Assembly: GCF_963921235.1 (NCBI RefSeq)
Contig: NC_086097.1
Span: forward strand, 145,206,001 to 145,270,000
Origin: Mobula hypostoma
Lineage: Eukaryota
Direction: 5' to 3'
DNA: 64,000 bases
Part shown: one piece after another, positions 1 through 13,290 of the stretch
Numbering within the stretch: position 1 is the stretch's first letter
Layout: each line of letters begins with the position of its first letter
Program-made: the position numbers and the translations under genes
The notes under the pieces: generated by a model
What the model was told of the DNA's origin: nothing
Databases searched by the model: none
Seen by the model: only the letters and a program-made list of their open reading frames with translations

Positions 1-178
1 GCGTCTTTTTAATAATAGATGCCGACTTCATGAGGCATCGCCTTTTGGAGATGTCTCAATGGCAGGGAGGATTGTGCCGTGACAAAGCTGGCCGAGTTAC
101 AACTCTGCAGTCTCCTGCTGTCCTGTGCAATGGAGGCTCCATATCTGGTTGTGATACAGCCAGTCAGAATTCTCTCTG
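1..178 (-). mobile_element. Rex1/Babar-type LINE fragment
   Basis: Resembles the reverse complement of the 19.9-20.2 kb element and the 40.4 kb copy. Confidence 0.55.
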
Positions 179-3100
179 TGATGTGTGGATCTATTGATCT
201 GTTGTCTACGCATGCAGATTGTTCTCCCTCTTTCTCGCTGCAATGTGAGTACACCAGTTAAAGCCATCTCCCATGTACGAGCTATTATTTAATATATATG
301 TAGTTGTGCAGACACCACAAATTGGCGACGAGTATGAACCTGAATGTCAGAGAATATCACCAACTGCACCAACAGTTACAGGACAAAAAAACGAAAGTTA
401 AAAAGCATGAGGATGCCATCACAGATGCTAACAAACGCACAAGTACAGTGTATAGTAACAGTGAAAGAAGTGCTGAATTTAAAGTGAAAATAATGTGGCG
501 ATGGCTTCAATCAGGAAAGCTTACAAATTTGATAGTGCTAATGAAGACTGGAAGTTGTATATTTAAAAGTTTGAACTCTTTTGTAATATAAGCAATATGG
601 AGGAGCAAAAAAAAAGCCCCTCTCCTTCTTAGCCTAATGGGCCCAAGAACACAGTCTCTTATGTAACCTTGTAGCCCCTGAAAAGCCAGCAAGCAAGACG
701 TTCAACGAAATTGTTACAGTTTTACAAAATCGTTTGAGCCCTAAACCAATAGCTGAGAGATTTTGATTTTACAAAAGGAACCTGTCAAAAGATGAAAGCC
801 TTTCTAAATACATTGCAGAACTGCGCAAACTTTTCCAGTACTGTGACTTTGGAGATAAACATTCTGATGCATTAAGAGATGAGCTTGTATGTGGCACGCA
901 TAGCCATACTGGCAGAAAGTGACCTAACCTTAAAACAGGCAATGACCTTTGCAATATCGTTAGAGACTGCAGCAGAGGGTGCAACAGAACTACAGAAGAA
1001 GCGCTTAGTATGTAAAATGCATAAAATCTCCCTGAATGGTGCAAAAACCCATTATCAATGTGGCAAATCCTTCCATGATGCAAATGACCATTGGTTCAAA
1101 GAATAAGTCTGCATAAAGTGTCACAGACAAGGTCACATAGAGAGAGTGGGCAAGGCAAAACCGTGTGAAAAGTCTCAAACACAAAACTAAGCAAATGCAT
1201 AAAGTTAGCAAATGTACAACAGAATCAGACAACACAGAGTCTGACAAAGGTGAACTGTCATGCCTAGAACTGCATAGTATAACTGAAGCAGGTCACAAAA
1301 TCATCTGGATTAAAATAGTTGTGTCTGGTGTAAAACTGAAAATGGAGCTGGATACAATGTCAGCTTTGTCCATAATTCCAGAGGCTGACTACAACAGACT
1401 GTTTTCTAAAATACCATTAGAGAAGACCTCAGTGATGCTAAAACTTACACAGTAGTAAATGTATCTCCTAAAGGCAAATGTGACATATCAAGGTGCAACA
1501 GCTTTATGTATTGAAAAGTGGAGGGCTAACATTTTTCAGACGTGAATGGTTGAGAAAAATCCAACTAGAATGGCACTCAGTCAAAGCTCTCGGTCTAACA
1601 TCAACAGGCAATGGCAGCTCAAATGGCAGAGAAGTGTTTGAGAAGGGGATTGGTAAACTGAAAGGCATGAAGGCCAAAATTGAACTGGATGAAACGGCAA
1701 CACCGAAATTCCATAAAGTGCGCCCAGTGCCCTACGCAAAACGTCCTAAAGTGGATACCGAACTGCGGAGCTTGGAGGCATCTGGAATTCTCTCCAAAAT
1801 TGAGTAGAGTGATTGGGCCACGCCCATTGTCCCAGTGATCAAGGAAGTGAAGGTCAAAGCCATTCACATGCGTGGGGATTTCAAAGAGAGCATCAACCTA
1901 TTGTTACGTACTGTGCAGTATCCCCAGCCGGGAATAGAAGACATTTTTGCATCTTTGACAGGCAGGGAGAGGTTTCCAAAGATTGACTTGTCACAAGCCT
2001 ATCTGCAAATGGAGATTGAGGAGTCAAACAGGAAGTTCCTCACAATCAACATGCATAAGGGACTGTTCCAATATAATAGCTTTGTACAATCGTCTCACCT
2101 TTGGTGTCACATCAGCTCCAGCAATTTGGCAAAGAGTAATGGATCAAGTGCTCCAAGGTATCCCAGGAACACAATGTTACCTTGGAGATATCATCGTAAC
2201 TGGCATAAATAATAAAAAGCACCTCCAGAACCTTGGTAAAATGCTTAACAGGCTCAGTGAGAATCATCTGCGTGCAAAGAGAGAGAAATGTGTGTTTTTC
2301 AAGAATGAAGTCTCATATTGTAGTCATGTCATTGACAAGCAGTGCTTACATAAGTCACAAGAGAAGACTGAAGCAGTGCTAGGGGCACCCATACCGAAAA
2401 AGGTGTCACAACTCAGGTCATACTTGGGCCTTGTAAACTACTAGCACTGGTTTCTCCTAAACATTGCTACAGTGCTGCATCCATTGAAAGCACTGTTACA
2501 GACAGGATCACAGTGGGGATGGTCAGAAAGATGTGAAAAAGCATTCAAGGAAACAAAGAGACTAATAACATCAGATAAACTGTTCAACATTATAACCTAT
2601 CCTTGTCCATCAGACTGGCGTGTGATGCGTCTCTTTATGGCATTGGAGCCATTTTGGCACATATTATGAGAGATGGATCTGAACACCCGATTGCATTTGC
2701 TTTAAGATCACAGAAGGCAACCATGCACAAATTGACCAATAAGGTCTTAGTCTAGTATGGGGAATAAAGAAATTCCTTCACTATTTCTATGGACAAGAGT
2801 TTAGTGACAGATCATCAGCCCCTTCTGTCCATTTTCAATCCCAGGAAGGGAATTCCAGTGATGACTGCTACCCGGTTTCATTGTTGGGCACTATTCCTAG
2901 GAGCCCACTCTTATGACACACAGAGTTCAAGGGTACCAAACAACACCACGCTGATGGCTTGTCATATCCTCTACTATAGGCAACTGAAGAAGAAAAGCCT
3001 TCATACTGTGACCCAACAGAAGTGATCCATACCGCATTGGTAGGTCAGTTGCCAGTAACAAATTATGAAATACAAAGGGAAACAAGGAACAACCCAACAT

Positions 3101-4611
3101 TGTCAAAAGTCTATGAATCACCATGCAAGGATGGCCAGCTCAAGGTAACCCTTTATTTCCGGAGTTCTCAGCAAGATGAGATCCACTGTTGATATGTTAA
3201 AGAACGCTGATGTGTGGATCTCGTGTTGTGTTTCCATCTAAACTGTGCAGCAGAGTGTTAGAAAATCTGTGTGAAGGACACTTGGGTACAGTCAAGATGA
3301 AGAGTTTCACCTGGAGCTACGTGTGGTGGCTGGGAATAGATAAACAGATTGAAGACTTGGCCAAGAGCTGTTCGGGATACCAAAAGGTTGAGAATGCACC
3401 TCCACAGGCACCATTACACCCATGGGAGTGGCCACCATCACCATGGCAAAGAGTACATATTGACTTTGCTGGGCCATTCATGGACTCCATATTTCTGATA
3501 CTCATTCAAAGTGGCCGGAGGTTATACTGATGAAGTCAATCACCTCAGCAAAGACTGTCTCCCTGCTGAGGACTACCTTTGGTAAACAAAATTGGCTTAC
3601 CCAAACAAATATTACCACAATACACATCAGAAGAATTCCGACTGTTCATGAAGAGAAATGTCATTGACATTTCAAGTCAGCCCTTCATCATCCAGCGATG
3701 AATGGGTTAGCTGAAAGGTTTATCCAAACCTTCAAGAAGCCCATTAAAGTGATGTACAAGGAGGACATTTCTCTCAAACACAAGCTGGGCATCTTCCTTT
3801 CTGTGTATCGAAACTCTGTTCATGCTATGAAAAATCAAACACCTGCAATGCTGATCATAAGCAGGAATCTGAGATCTCACATAGACCTCCTGAAACCAGA
3901 CCTCAGAGAGAAGTACAGAATAAACAGTTCAACCAGTTGCCAAGAGAAGCAGCAAGGAGCTTTGAGTTTGGACAGGAAGTCCTAGCACATATTATCGAGA
4001 AGAGAAATGGACACCCTGTAGGATGGCTACAAGAACTGGACCACTGAAGTACCCATTGGACTTTGAAGATCAGACATGGAGATATCATGTGGGCCAGATA
4101 CTGGATGCTCAACCAAAGAACACACCTGAGTCAACTGCATCTACCAAGACGGACACATTACCATCACCGGACTTACATTTCAGTGATGATGTCACTGACA
4201 GCAACGTGACACCAGAAACGGAGAACATTTTCTCAGACAAGACACCTGCCAAAACCGATGCCCCTCCACAGGTCCAGAGGTGCTATCCTGAAAGAAACAG
4301 AGCCCACCCAAAAGGCTGAACCTTTAGAACTGTGAAGTTGGTTCTGGACTGTTATTGTGAAAGCATCTTTATTTGGAATATGGGTTTATGAAAGAAATTG
4401 AATGTTTTGTACATATACAGTTTTATGTGGTATTAATCTAAAGGGCCACCCCCTTAGCACTATGTATTAATCTGTTGTTTGTGCTTGCGCTGTTGTCGAC
4501 ACCTGCGCATTATTCTCTCTCTCTCTTTCTCTCTGCATTGTGAATACACCTGTTAAACCATCTCCTGTGTGCGTGCTTTTATTAAATATATACGTAGTTT
4601 TGCACAGACAC
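179..4611 (+). mobile_element. Degenerate full-length Ty3/Gypsy LTR retrotransposon (Mag / K02A2.6-like)
   Basis: Related LTRs at ~179-319 and ~4450-4611, with PBS TGGCGACGAG at 323-332. Gag knuckle remnant, protease (MELDTMSALSII), RT (YLGDIIVTG), RNase H and integrase (WQRVHIDFAGP, NGLAERFIQTFK) occur in Gypsy order. Many stops and frameshifts. Confidence 0.92.
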
Positions 4612-4625
4612 AGCACTCTCCACTA

Positions 4626-4830
4626 TACATACTCAGTAGCCACTTTATTAGGTGCCTCCCGTACCTAATAAAGTGGCCACTGAGTGTATGTTTGTGGTTG
4701 TTTGCTGCTGTAGCCCATTCACTTCAGGGTTTGAGGTGTTGTGCATCCAGAGATGCTCATCTGCACACCACTGTTGTAACAAATGGTTATTTGAGTTACT
4801 GTCACCTTCCTGCCAGCTGCCCAGTCTCGC
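4626..4830 (-). mobile_element. Non-autonomous Tc1-derived element, partial, with hairpin (double-TIR) end
   Basis: CTCAGTAGCCACTTTATTAGGTGC / GTACCTAATAAAGTGGCCACTGAG palindrome. The body is the reverse complement of part of 25652-26192. Confidence 0.7.
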
Positions 4831-5029
4831 TTCTGGATTTCAGACTTGGTCTAAGCATAAAAAACGGAGCCGTGAGAACAACTGCCATTGAGAATCAATT
4901 TAGCAAGTGTAGCATCAAGAAACCCAAGTAAAGCCAATGGTAATCAATGCTAAGAATCATATCTTGCACTAAGGGAGAAGGTTGTGATTGCTTGAGAACT
5001 ATTATTACAACCACAGGCTATCACTGCAA

Positions 5030-5170
5030 GAGTCCTGATGAAGAGTGTCATCCTGAAACATCAACTATATATTCTTCTCCATAAATACTGTCTGACCTGC
5101 TGAGTTCCTCTTGCTTTTTGTGTGTGCCACTCTTGATGTTTGGCATCTGCAGAATCTCTTTTGTTGTTGG
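5030..5170 (+). mobile_element. Penelope-derived terminal module with decayed hammerhead motif
   Basis: AGTCCTGATGAAGAG...GAAACATCAACT followed by the CCTGCTGAGTTCCTC module also seen at 15.4, 22.1, 25.3 and 35.5 kb. Confidence 0.65.
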
Positions 5171-5700
5171 AGATGATTACTAACTCGAACCTGCTTGATG
5201 TGTATGTCACACCCAGTCTTATGATATAGGCTGGTTATTGATGAAATAGCAGGTGGTTTTTGGCCTAGATCTTTGTCTGGAGCTTTTACAGTGGTATAAA
5301 CACAAGAGATTCTGCAGATGCTGAGACGACTATCCAACAGCTCTTAACATTCAACATGAAATTAAAACAAGTTTTTCTGTAAATCAAAGTCTTTACCACT
5401 GTCTTCGGATGTAAATGAGCATTGAGAAGCAATGTCTAATTAGAAGATCTATAGCTGATCCATGTGGAGTCACCAGCATCAGAAATCATCGTTTTCTAAG
5501 AATCACTCATTAAACGTGCATACGGTGGTGCTAGTAAGTTTGTGAACCCGATAGAACTTTCTCTATTTCTGCATAAAATGTGATCAGATCTTCACATAAG
5601 TCTTAAAACCAGATAAAGAGAACCATTTAAATAAATAACACAAAAAACATGATACTTGTTCATTTATTTTTTGAGAAAAGTGATCCAATGTCACATGTAT

Positions 5701-8700
5701 TACCTGCCGGGGGAATGCCACAGTGACCAGGTTACAGGCACAAAGCATGAGTCCGTGGTGCAGAAAGCAACGAGAGAAGGGAGCAGTAGTGATAGGGGAC
5801 TCAATAGTGAGGAGAAAAAACAGGAGATTCTGTGGACATGAACAGGACACCCAGATGGTATGTTGCCTGCCAGGTGCCAGGGTCAGGGACATCTCAGATC
5901 ATGTCCACAACATATCGGAGAGGGAGGGAGAGCAGCCAGATGTCTTGGTACCAGTGACATAGGAAGGAAAAGCAAAGAAGTCCTGAAAAGATATTTTAGG
6001 GAGCTAGAAACAGGATGATTTGACAGATAAATGCATGGCTGAGAAGCTGGTGCAGGGGGCAGGGCTTCAGATTCTTGGATCATTGGGATCTCTTCTGGGG
6101 AGGTATGACCTGTTCAAAAGTGACAGGTTGCAGCTGAACCCGAGGAGGACCAATATTCTCGCAGGCAGGTTTGTTAGTGCTGTTGAGGAGGGTTTAAACT
6201 AATTTGGCGGGAGGGAGTGGTGGGAACTGGAGTGATGGGACTCAGGATAAGACAGATGGTAAAAAGGTAAAGACAGCGCGCAGACAGAATGTCAGGAAGG
6301 GTGGGCAGGTGATGGGTCATAGTCACAGCCAATAGGGTGAGTATCAGTATATTAGGGATGTAAAATCAAAAAGGGTAGCAAATAGAGTACTCAAGGTATT
6401 GTATCTCAATGTGTAGGGTATAACAAATAAGGTGGATGATCTTGTTGCACTATTACAGATTGCCAGGAATGATGTTGTGGCCATCACTGAATCGTAGCTG
6501 AAGCATGGCTGGATCAAAGGGATAGGAAGGTAGGCAGAGGCGGGGTGTGGTTCTACTGGTAAAGAATAGTATCAAATCAGTAGAAAGATGTGACGTAGGA
6601 TCGGAAGATGTTGAATGCTTGTTGGTTGATTTAAGAAACTGATGGCAGTTGTATACAGGCCTCCCAATAGTGGCTGGGAAGTGGCCCACAGATTACAACA
6701 GGAAATAGAAAGGGCCTGTCAAAGGGGCAATGTTATGATAGAGATGGGAGATTTTAATATGCAGGTCAATTGGGAAAACCAGGTTGGTAGCGGATCTCAG
6801 GAGAGTGGGTTTGTTGAATGCCTAAGAGATGGCTTTTTAGAGCAGTTTGTCATTGAGCCTACTAGAGCATCAGCTATACTGGGTTGGGTGTTATGTAATG
6901 AACCGGAAATGATTAGGGAGCTTAAGGTAAAAGAACCCTTAGGAACCAGTGATCACAATATGATTGAGTTCAACTTGAAAATTGATAGGGAGAAAGTAAA
7001 ATTTGACGTAGCAGTATTTCAGTGGAGTAAGGGAAATTACAGTGGCATAAGAGAGGAGTTGGCCAAAGTAAATTTGAAGGAGCTGCTGGCAGGGATGTCA
7101 AGAGTACAGAAATGGCATGACTTCTGGGAAAACTGCAAAATATGCAGGACATATGCATTCCAAAAATGAAGAAATACTCAAATGGTAAAATACTACAACC
7201 ATGGCTGACAAGGGAAGTCAAAGCTAATGTAAAAACAAAACAGAAAGCATACAACAAAGCAAAGATTAGTAGGAAGATAGAGGATTGGGAAGTTTTTAAA
7301 AACCTACAGAGAGCAACCAAATAAATCATTAGAAGGAAAAAGATGAAATATGAAAGCAAGCTAGCAAATAATATCAAAATGGATAGTAAAAGCTTTTTCA
7401 AGTATATAAAACATAAAAGAGAGATGAGAGTGGATATGGGACCACTAGAAAATGAGGCAGGAAAAATAATAATGGGGGTCAAGGAGATTGCAGATGAACT
7501 AAGTGAGTATTTTGCATGTGTCTTCATTGTGGAAGACACTAGCAGTATGCCAGATATTACAGTGTGTGAAGGAAGAGAAGAGAGTGCAGTTGCTATCACA
7601 AGGATGAAGATGTTCAAAAAGCTGAAAGACCTAAAAGTACATAAGTCACCCAGACCAGTGGAACTACACCCAAGGGATCTGAAAGAGGTAGCATTAGAGA
7701 TTGTGGTGGCATTGGAAATGATCTTTCAAAAATCATTGGACCCCGGCATGGTGCTAGAGGACTGGAAAATTGCAAATGTCACTCCACTGTTTAAGAAAGG
7801 AGGAAGGCAGCAAAAAGGAAATTACATACCAGTTAGCCTGACCTCAGGGGTTGGGAAGATCTGAGAGTCAATTGTTAAGGATGAGCTGATGGAGTACTTG
7901 GTGACACAGGACAAGATAGGACAAAGTCAGCATGGTTTCCTTAAGGGAAAATCCTCCCTGACAAGCCTGTGGAATTCTTTTTGGAGATTACAAGTAGGAT
8001 AGATAAAGAGGATGCAGTGGATGTTATATATTTGGACTTACAGAAGATCTTTGAGAAGGCACCACATGAGGCTGTTTACCAAGTTAAGAGCCCATGGTAT
8101 CACAGGAAAGTTACTAAGATGTTTAGATCATTGGCTGATTGGAAGAAGGCAGTGACTGGAAATAAAAGCGTCCTTGTCTGGTTGGCTGCCAGTGACTAGT
8201 GGTGTTCTGCAGGAGTTGGGACTACATCTTTTTATGCTGTATATCAATGATTTAGATGATGGAATAGGTGACTTTGTTGCCAAGTTTGCAGGCGATACAA
8301 AGATTGATGGAGGGGTAGGTAGTGTTGAGGAAACAGGTAGGATGCAGAAGGACTTAGACAGATTAGAAGAATGGGCAAGAAAGTGGCAAATGAAATACAA
8401 TGTTGAAAAAAGCATAGTCATGCATTTTGGTAGCAGAGATAAATGTGTGGTCTGTTTTTTAAATGGGGAGAAAATCCAAAAATCTGAGATGCAACGGTAC
8501 TTGGGAGTCCTTGTGCAGAACACCCTAAAGGTTAACACAGGTTGAGTCAGTGGTGAGGAAGGCAAATGCAGTGTTAGCATTCATTTCAAGAAGTCTAGAT
8601 TACAAGAGCAGGGATGTGATGCTGAGGCTTTATAAGGTACTGGTGATGCCTCACCTTGAGTATTGTGTACAGTTTTGGGCTCCTCATCTTAGAAGTGATG

Positions 8701-9216
8701 TGCTGACATTGGAGAGGGTCCGGGGAGGTTCATAAGGATGATTCCAGGAATGAAAGGGTTATCATACAAAGAACATTTGATGGCTCTGTGTCTGTACTCA
8801 CTGGAATTAAGAAGGATGGGGGGGTATCTCATTGAAACCTTTCGAATGTTGAAAGGACTAGACAAAGTAGACGTGGAAAGGATGTTTCCCATGGTGGAGG
8901 AGTCTAGGACAAGTGGGCACAGCCTCGGGATAGAGGGGCATACATTCAAAACTGAGATGCAGAGAAATTTCTTTAGCCAGAGGATGGTGAATTTGTGGAA
9001 TTTGTTGCCATGTACAGCTGTGGAGGCCAGGTAGTTGGGTATATTTAAGGCAGAGATTGATAGGTTCTTGATTGGACATGGCATCAAAGGTTACAGGGAG
9101 AAGGTTGGGAAATGGGGTTGAGGAGGAGAGAAAAAGGATCAGCCATGATTAAATGGCGAAGCAGACTCAACGGGCCAAATGGCCTAATTCTGCTCCTATG
9201 TCTTATGATCTTATGG
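5701..9216 (+). mobile_element. Near full-length degenerate CR1 LINE
   Basis: ORF1 esterase motif (VVIGDSIVR), APE endonuclease (GDFN, SDHN), RT fragments (FAGDTK, HLEYCVQFW) and a (TCTTATG)n-like tail. Confidence 0.92.
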
Positions 9217-9249
9217 TTTTTGTTGGAAAATGTATGTGAACCTTTGCTT

Positions 9250-10246
9250 TCAGTAACTGGTGTGACCGCCTTGTACAGCAATAACTTCAATCAAACGTTT
9301 CCAGTAACTATTGATCAGTCCTGAACATCGGCTTGGAGGAATTTGAGGCCATTCCTCCTTAATAAACTGCTTCAAAACTAGCATGTTGGTGGGCTTCCTT
9401 GCATAAACCGCTTGCTTTAGGTCCTTCCACAACATTTCTATAGGATTAAGAGCAGGACTTTGACTCAGCCATTCCAAAACACAAATCTTCTTCTTTTTGA
9501 ACCATTCTGTTGTTGATTTACTCTTGTCTTTCAGATCATTGTCTTGTTGCATTATACAATTTCTATTAATCTCCAGGTGATGGACTGCTACCCTGACATT
9601 CTCCTGTAAAATGTCTTGATACAATTTTGAATTTATTGTTCCCTCAACAATTGCAAGCTGTCCAGTCCCTGAGGCAGCAAAGCAGCCCCAAACCATGATG
9701 CTCCTTCCACCATGCTTCACAACTGGGATGAGGTTTTGGTGTTGGTGTGTAGTGCCCTTTTGCCTCCAAACATAACAATGTGCATTTTTGCCAAAGAGTG
9801 CAACTTTTGTCTCATCTGTATGTAGGACATTGTCCCAAAAGTGGTTTTTTGCAGACGAGACGTGTAGCAATATTTTGTTTGGAGAGCAGTGGTTTCCACC
9901 GTGGTGTCCTTCCATGAACACCATTCTTGTTCAGTGTTTTTATTATAGTGGACACATGAACAGAGACTTTAGCAAGTTCTAGAGATTCCTGCAGGTCTTT
10001 TGCTGATACTCTTGGATTCTTTCTCAGCATTGCACATTGTGCTCTTGATGTGATCTTTGCAGGATGCCCGCTCCTCGGGAGAGTAGCAACGGTACTGAGT
10101 TTCCTCCATTTGTAGACAATTACTCTTAATGCAGACTGATGAACACTCAGGTCCTTAGAAATGTTTTTATAGCCGTTTCCAGCTTGATAAATCTCTACAG
10201 TTCTTCTTCTAAGGTCCTCCGTAAGTGGTTTTGATCAAGGTATCAT
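9250..10246 (-). pseudogene. Tc1 transposase pseudogene
   Basis: Motifs TDETKV, VKHGGRSIMVWGCF, QQDND and SPALNPIEMLW; early stop and frameshifts. Confidence 0.9.
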
Positions 10247-10814
10247 GCACATAAACAGATCTTTCTTGAGAAGAGGAAGCTCTGTTGTAACCTGACTTTG
10301 GGTGTCCTTTTTATAGGGCAGGGCACCTCTACAACCCACATCGCCAATCTCATCTCATTGATTGGAACACCTGACTCCAAATAGTTTTTGTAAAAGGCAT
10401 TACCCCAGAGGTTCACATACTTTTTCCACCAAATATGCATAATATTGGAAGGTTCTCTCGATAAATAAATGAACAAGTATAATTTTTGTGCTATTTATTT
10501 AATTGGGTTCTCTCTATCTAATTTTAGCACTTACATGAAAATCTGATCACAGTTAATGTCATGTTTATGCAGAAATAGAGAAAATTCTACAGGGTTCACA
10601 AACTTTCTAGCACCACCAAATGTGATTTAATTAAAGATAGGGCTAACTTGGCTGTGATAGAACCCATAGGAAAACAGCCAGGCCAATTGCTACTTTCTGA
10701 ATCAGTTAGACCATGACACATAGGAGCAGAATTAGGCCATTTGGCCCATTGAGTCTGCTTCACCATTCCATTATGGCTGATTTATTTTCCCTCTCAAACC
10801 CATTCTCCTGCCTT

Positions 10815-11368
10815 GAGGGCCTCTGTTGGTTGAAGTCAACCACGGGTCTTGTGCCCCGGATTTTTTACACCATGCACAAGCCAGGGCAGTATGATATGGA
10901 GAGCAAGCTGCTGGCCATACAGCAGGCTCCCCCTCTCCATGCCCCTGATGAATCCAAAGGAACAGCAAAGACCAATACAGCTTGGTACCAGCAGCATCGC
11001 AGTAGATGCCAGTCAGCACTGAACTCAACGTAGGACTGTCTTAGGGACTCCAGCTCCATATTTTTCCTCAGCCTTTGTCATGAGTGGGTACAGCTGCAAA
11101 GCCGTGGAGGTTTGAGATCAGAGTTTTCCTGCTCCTAGACGAGGTGCCAATCACGGATGATGAGCCCCATCTGCCTGATGCGACTGGTTTCAAGGTGCCA
11201 GTAACCCATCTTTGCTCTTTCTGCCAGGCTTAATAGCTAAGCCACACATAAAGGCCAGAAACTGGACTTGGTTTTCGAGGCTAATGGAGACACATGGCAT
11301 TAGGAGCATTTAGTAGGCAGTGGGAACTTATCCCCACTACTACCTCCAGCTATAAGCAACCTTAAGGG
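10815..11368 (-). mobile_element. Unclassified ~550 bp non-coding insertion, possibly an RTE-related non-autonomous element
   Basis: Interrupts the CR1 3' end, with CTGCCTT on both sides; no credible ORF. Confidence 0.5.
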
Positions 11369-12560
11369 CTGTTCTGCCTTATCCCCATAAACGTATCAAC
11401 CTTCACTTTAAATATACCCAGTGACTTGGCCTCCACTGCCATCTGTGGCAATAGTATCCACTCTATCAAGGCCTTTCAATATTTAATAGGTTTCAATGAG
11501 TTCTCCACTCATTCTTTTAAATTCCAGTGAGCATAGGCCAGGAGCCATCAAATACTCTTCATACATTAATATTTTCAGTCCTGGGACCAGTCTTGTAAAT
11601 CTCCTCTGGACACTCTCCAATGATAGCACTTCCTTTCTTAGATATTCTGCCCAACACTGTTCAGAATACTCCAGATGTGGTCTGACTAATGTCTCATAAA
11701 CTATGGCATTACATCCTTGCTTTTATATTCTAATCCTCTCAAAGTGAATGCCAACATTCCATTTGCCTTCCTTACCACCAACTTAACCTGCAAGCTAATC
11801 TTTAGGGATTCCTGCACAAGGATTCCCAAGTTCCATTGCACCTCTGATTTCTGAATTCATTCCCTGCTTAGACAATCGTCTACACCTTTATTCCTTCTAC
11901 CAAAGTGCATGACCTTGCACTTCCTTACATTGCATTCCATCTGCCACTTCTTTGCCCATTCTCCTAATCCGTCCAAGTCCTTCTGCAGAATCCTGTCTTC
12001 TTTAGCTCTACCTACCCCTCTACCTACCTTTGTATTATCTGCAAACTTGGTCACAAAGTTATCAATTCTGTCATCCAGATCATTGACGTATTGCTTGAAA
12101 AGTAGTAGATTCATACTGAACCTTGAGGAACACCGGTAAACCCCGGCAGCCAGTCAGAAAAGACCCCCTTTATTCCTGTTCTTTCTTCAGCCGGTCTGCC
12201 AATCTTCTGTCCATGCTAGTATCTCCCTTTAATACCACTGGGCTTTACCTTGTCAAGCAGCCTGATGAAGTAAATATCCACTGACTCTCCTTTATCTATC
12301 CTGCCTGTTATTTCCTCAGAGAATTCCAACAGATTTGTCAAGCAATATTTTCCCTTATGGAAACCATGCTGAATTTAGCCCATTTTATTGTTGCTTCCAA
12401 GTACCCCAAAACTTCATCCTTAATAATAGAATATAACATCTTGCCGTTAACTAAGGTCAAACTAGCTGGCCTATAATTTTCTGTCTTTCGCTCCCTTTTT
12501 TCTTAGAGTGGAGTGACAGCTGTGATTTTCCAGTCCTCCAGAACCATTCCAGAAACTAGT

Positions 12561-13290
12561 AATAAAGGAGGCCTTTTCTGATTAGCTGCTGGTGACTAGT
12601 GGTATTCTGCAGGGGTTGGTGTCGGGACCGCTCCTTTTTACCATGTGTGTCAGTGGATGACGGAATTGATGGCCTTGCGAAAATTCAAAAATTGGAGTTA
12701 CAAGGGGACTTAGGAGGCCTCATGTAGGATCCCCTCGTGTAGGATGTGCTGATGTTGGAGAAAACTCAAAGAAGGTTCACGGAAATGATTCCAGGAATGA
12801 AAGGCTTAGCATTTGAGGAGCATTTGATGGCTCTGGACCTGTTCTTGCTGGAAATCAAAAGAATAAGGGGGGGATCTCATTGAAACCCATTAAATGTTGA
12901 AAGGTCTAGATAGAGTGGATGTAGCCAGGATGTTTCCTATAGTGGAGGAGTCTATGATCAGAAGACTCAACTTCAAGATAGAGGGACATCCATTTAGAAT
13001 GGAGATGATGAGGCTCGAAGGGCCGAATGGCCTACTCCTGCACCTATTTTCTGTGTTTCTATGTTTCTATTTCTTCAGCCAGATGGTGGTAAATCTGAGG
13101 AATTCATTGCCACAGGTGGCTGCAAGAGGCCAAGTCATTGGGTTATTTAAGGCAGAGGTTGACAGGCTATTAGTCAGGGTGTGAAAGGTTACGGGGAGAA
13201 GGCAGGAGAATAGGGTTGAGAGTGAACTGGATTGGCCATAATGAAATGGTGAAGTAAACTTGATGGGCTGAATGGCCTAATTCTGCTCTC
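12561..13290 (+). mobile_element. 5'-truncated CR1 nested in opposite orientation inside CR1
   Basis: Host sequence reads ...CTAGT | GATTCTTGAAAG across the insert; ORF fragment LKGLDRVDVARMFP. Confidence 0.8.

Larger units (their letters stand above)
5523..10618 (-). mobile_element. Tc1-family (DD34E) transposon with long TIRs, interrupted by a CR1 LINE
   Basis: TA|CGGTGGTGCTAGTAAGTTTGTGAACCC at 5521 and its inverse GGGTTCACAAACTTTCTAGCACCAC ending at ~10616. The ~200 bp TIRs enclose a minus-strand transposase. Confidence 0.9.
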
